This document shows positions 62,126 through 64,000 of a DNA stretch of 64,000 bases, one piece after another. Under the pieces are notes generated by a model. That model did not search any database. It saw only the letters and a list, made by a program, of their open reading frames with translations, and had not been told where the DNA came from. This DNA comes from Octopus sinensis (Eukaryota). Within the stretch, counting starts at the first letter, position 1. Each line of letters begins with the position of its first letter. The position numbers were made by a program, and so were the translations under genes. Where the stretch lies: positions 18,786,001 through 18,850,000 of the forward strand of contig NC_042998.1 in the NCBI RefSeq assembly GCF_006345805.1. The letters are read 5' to 3'.

Positions 62126-62301
62126 TTAATAACTTCAGATTGGCAAGGATACACACTTTGATAAATTAATCATATACATGTAAACAAAAACAACACACGC
62201 ACACACACACAAGCAGAATTACAGGCATACAACTCCTATGATTCACACGCGTGTATATTTGTGAATATTCATAGTTGTATACATGCATAAAGACATATAT
62301 A

Positions 62302-62396
<95 letters not shown>

Positions 62397-62482
62397 GTAT
62401 ATATGTTTGTGCGTGTTTGCATTTATAAATATTATATATATAAACTCCACACATACTACCCACGAACGAACACACACACATG

Positions 62483-62549
<67 letters not shown>

Positions 62550-62574
62550 AATGTTATAGAGATGTGTATATGTA

Positions 62575-62868
62575 CTATGGTTCGCTTTTGCCAAACCGCT
62601 AAGTAACGGACGCAGAAACACACCAGCATCGGTGGTCAACACAGACACAGACACACAAACACATACATGCACGCATACTCACAGATAGATAGATAGACAG
62701 ACAGATAAATAAATAGGACGGGCTTCTTTCAGTTTCCGTCTACCAAATCCACTTCGGTCGCCCCGAGGCTAAAGTAGAAGAGACTTGCCCAAGGTTCCAC
62801 GCAGTGAGGCTGAACACGGAACTATGTGGATAGGAAGCAAGCTTCTTACCACACAGCCACACCTGCGA
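62575..62868 (-). mobile_element. SINE family B (tail truncated)
   Basis: Family B match. Confidence 0.75.
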
Positions 62869-63048
62869 CTTATCGATACATACTGAATGCTTTATTGATA
62901 TCTGCCAATTTTCTTTCTAGATATATATGTTTGTGTGTGTGTGTGTGCGTGTGTGTGTGTGTGTGCATGTGCTTCCCAAACACGCACACACACAAATGAT
63001 TATATATATATATATAATATATTACCTGTATAAATATCCAAGGTTACA

Positions 63049-63101
<53 letters not shown>

Positions 63102-63115
63102 CTTCTTTCTCTCTC

Positions 63116-63172
<57 letters not shown>

Positions 63173-63197
63173 TCTCTATATATATTATATATATATA

Positions 63198-63257
<60 letters not shown>

Positions 63258-63419
63258 GTGTGTCTACACATAAACATATATGTCTGTAATTATTTATAAA
63301 TATATATTATATTATATAAGAGATATATAGTTTATCAATTTTATCTTTGTCTCTCTTTGTATATATCTTCACACACACACACACACACATATATGTTTAT
63401 ATGTTTATATGTTTACTGT

Positions 63420-63605
63420 TTCATTCAAATAAAATCATCAGGTGCAGGTGAGGCTGTGTGGCAAGAAGCTTACTCCCCAGACACATGGTTCCGGGTTCAT
63501 TCCCACCATGTGGCACCATAGGTAAGTGTCTTTTAGTATATATATCGGATCGACGAAAGCCGTGTCAGTGGATCTGGTAGACTGAAACTGAAAGAAGTCC
63601 GTCGG
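63420..63605 (+). mobile_element. SINE family B head fragment
   Basis: Diverged head through GGTAGACTGAAACTGAAAGAAG. Confidence 0.7.
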
Positions 63606-64000
63606 ACGCTAAGCATCCATTTTGAAGCGAATCCACTCTATACTGTTTTGTCCACTATCCTTCTCTAGTTCCCTGTTTCTTCACCGTTTTCTATATTCTA
63701 TATTATCTCTCTCTCTCTCTCTCTCTCAGTTCACTTCTTTCCTCTCTCTCTCGTTGCTCACATGTGACCATCGTCCATATTTCTTTTCCCTACGTGACCA
63801 TCTTTCTTTTCTTGCACGGACGTTCTAAAGACTGGATGTCTTCTATCTCTTTCTTGTTTCATCTCTTTTCAAAGAAAATATTTCTCTCAGCGTTCACTAT
63901 TTTCCCTTCGTTCTGGTCTAACGACCTCCCATCTTTGTTTCCGTTCCGTTTCCTTGTATGTCTCCTTTGTCCAGTTTTTGCTTCCAACTTAAACCCTCCA

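Overview
This is AT-rich, microsatellite-saturated animal DNA with one 100-N scaffold gap (46153-46252). Its repeat content most resembles an octopus or other coleoid cephalopod genome; this is an inference, no search was run. No host protein-coding gene can be called with confidence. The window is made almost entirely of mobile elements. There are four tRNA-headed SINE families (about 35 copies, called A-D here), an apparently full-length but frameshifted CR1-group LINE (49057-53834, minus strand), and several R4/Dong-type restriction-like-endonuclease (RLE) LINE remnants. Also present are mariner, Tc1 and pogo remnants, MITEs and foldback hairpins, Helentron-like HINEs, Penelope-like fragments with hammerhead-ribozyme motifs, a tiny LTR-like insert and a half tRNA-Phe. 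Four observations stand out. (i) SINE C occurs as 1-, 2-, 4- and 7-unit multimers, each enclosed by a single target-site duplication (TSD). (ii) Different retroelements sit in different microsatellite classes: (TA)n, (TAA)n and (CATA)n. (iii) The CR1-group ORF1 combines a Myb/SANT-like helix motif, poly-Q and a CCCH finger. (iv) A SINE and a LINE share a 3' tail stem-loop with compensatory base changes. Element ends without a TSD or TIR are approximate.
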